This document shows positions 63,273-64,000 of a DNA stretch of 64,000 nt, piece by piece (positions within the stretch are counted from its first letter, which is position 1; every line of letters starts with the position of its first letter). Below the pieces are notes generated by a model. That model made no database searches, had not been told where the DNA came from, and was given only the letters and a program-made list of their open reading frames with translations. Source of the DNA: a virus; the IMG/VR virus record IMGVR_UViG_3300050821_005814, positions 1 to 64,000 of that record; one strand, written 5' to 3'. A program made the translations under genes and the position numbers.

Positions 63273-64000
63273 ATAGCTCTGAGCTCAATGCAGCTCTCAA
63301 GCCGTTTCGGCAGATCGCAAACAACAATGCGCTCTCGCCAATCTACCGCTCCCTCGCTGTGTCAGCGAAGCGCATACGAGGAGAAGCAAGCTTCGCGCAT
63401 TTGGATGCAGCAGTCGACTTGCCGCTTGAACGCGAGATCTGCGTTGACACACGTATCTTCCTTGCAGTTGTCGACTCGCTGCCAAGCAACAGCGACCTGA
63501 CGCTTGAAGCCAACGAGAACGTCCTCGCATGGAAGTGCGGTTCGGCGTCCGGCCGCCTAGCACTCGCTGCAATCGACATCCCAAAGGTCCCCTGGCCGCG
63601 CACAGGTAATGCAGCGTTCACACCAACAGACGCATTCAAGCAAGCACTCGAACTTGGTGCGCTCTCATGCGCTGACCAGACTACGGACTCGTCAGGACTG
63701 CGGGGCGTTGTCATTGACAACCGCGGCGACCTGACTATCGCGTCGTCAGACGCAACGACGCTCAGCGTTGCAAGCCTAGACCTTGGGTTCAAGGACTGGC
63801 CGGATCTCGTGACGATGCCGCCAGACGGTATGCGCTTGCTCGCGAGCGTGATCACGGCAGATGAGGGTGATCTCGCATTCCAAGCGGCGGGTAAAGCAGG
63901 CGACCCAGCGCACATGTACTACTCTGACACGAAGCTGCGCTGCGCTATCCCGCAAGCGAAAGCATTGACGCGTGATCTCGCTAAGACCGTGAAGGAGTAC
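63269..64000 (+). CDS. DNA polymerase sliding clamp (beta-clamp-like), partial
   Basis: Not in track (no stop in window). ATG 63269 overlaps upstream TGA. MNSSELNAALKPF...LSPIY...IFLAVVDSLP...LRGVVI...ASSDATTL matches the beta-clamp pattern (LxGV...ATDGxRL). Confidence 0.6.
   Translation, partial: MNSSELNAALKPFRQIANNNALSPIYRSLAVSAKRIRGEASFAHLDAAVDLPLEREICVDTRIFLAVVDSLPSNSDLTLEANENVLAWKCGSASGRLALAAIDIPKVPWPRTGNAAFTPTDAFKQALELGALSCADQTTDSSGLRGVVIDNRGDLTIASSDATTLSVASLDLGFKDWPDLVTMPPDGMRLLASVITADEGDLAFQAAGKAGDPAHMYYSDTKLRCAIPQAKALTRDLAKTVKEY

Noticed and set aside
1-64000. Prophage boundary, integrase or host genes; alternative genetic code
   Set aside because: No integrase, att-like site or host operon seen; folE/pyrF/queC sit among phage genes; all three stops terminate ORFs normally and coding density is high under the standard code.

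Overview
This window is part of a large, GC-rich tailed-phage genome (myovirus-type, contractile tail). The host is probably an Alphaproteobacterium, inferred from a GcrA-like HTH protein and a PEP-CTERM protein. Positions 1-53.3 kb form one minus-strand late/structural arm. In transcription order it carries a PEP-CTERM protein, a NusG-type antiterminator, terS/terL, a portal fused to an inorganic-pyrophosphatase-like domain, MuF, a type IB topoisomerase, prohead protease/scaffold, decoration protein, major capsid, adaptor, neck, sheath, tube, a frameshifted tail chaperone, tape measure with lysozyme domain, and baseplate. Positions 54.3-64 kb form a plus-strand early/replication arm: primase, QueC, FolE, DpdA-like transglycosylase, PyrF, histone-like protein and a beta-clamp-like protein. 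Four features stand out. (1) A 21-kb block between the head-tail adaptor and neck genes in which 9 of 10 genes encode fibre/adhesin/glycanase-like or small proteins with Sec or Tat signal peptides, several with paired cysteines. (2) A shared set of short motifs (x-x-D|A/S, H-x-H-x-H, W..E..HPRG) on head proteins and cargo, suggesting capsid targeting and processing of packaged enzymes. (3) A phage PEP-CTERM protein. (4) A hairpin-dense non-coding region of about 570 nt between the arms. All family assignments come from motif recognition by eye; no searches were run. Several start codons were re-chosen from RBS and stop/start overlaps.
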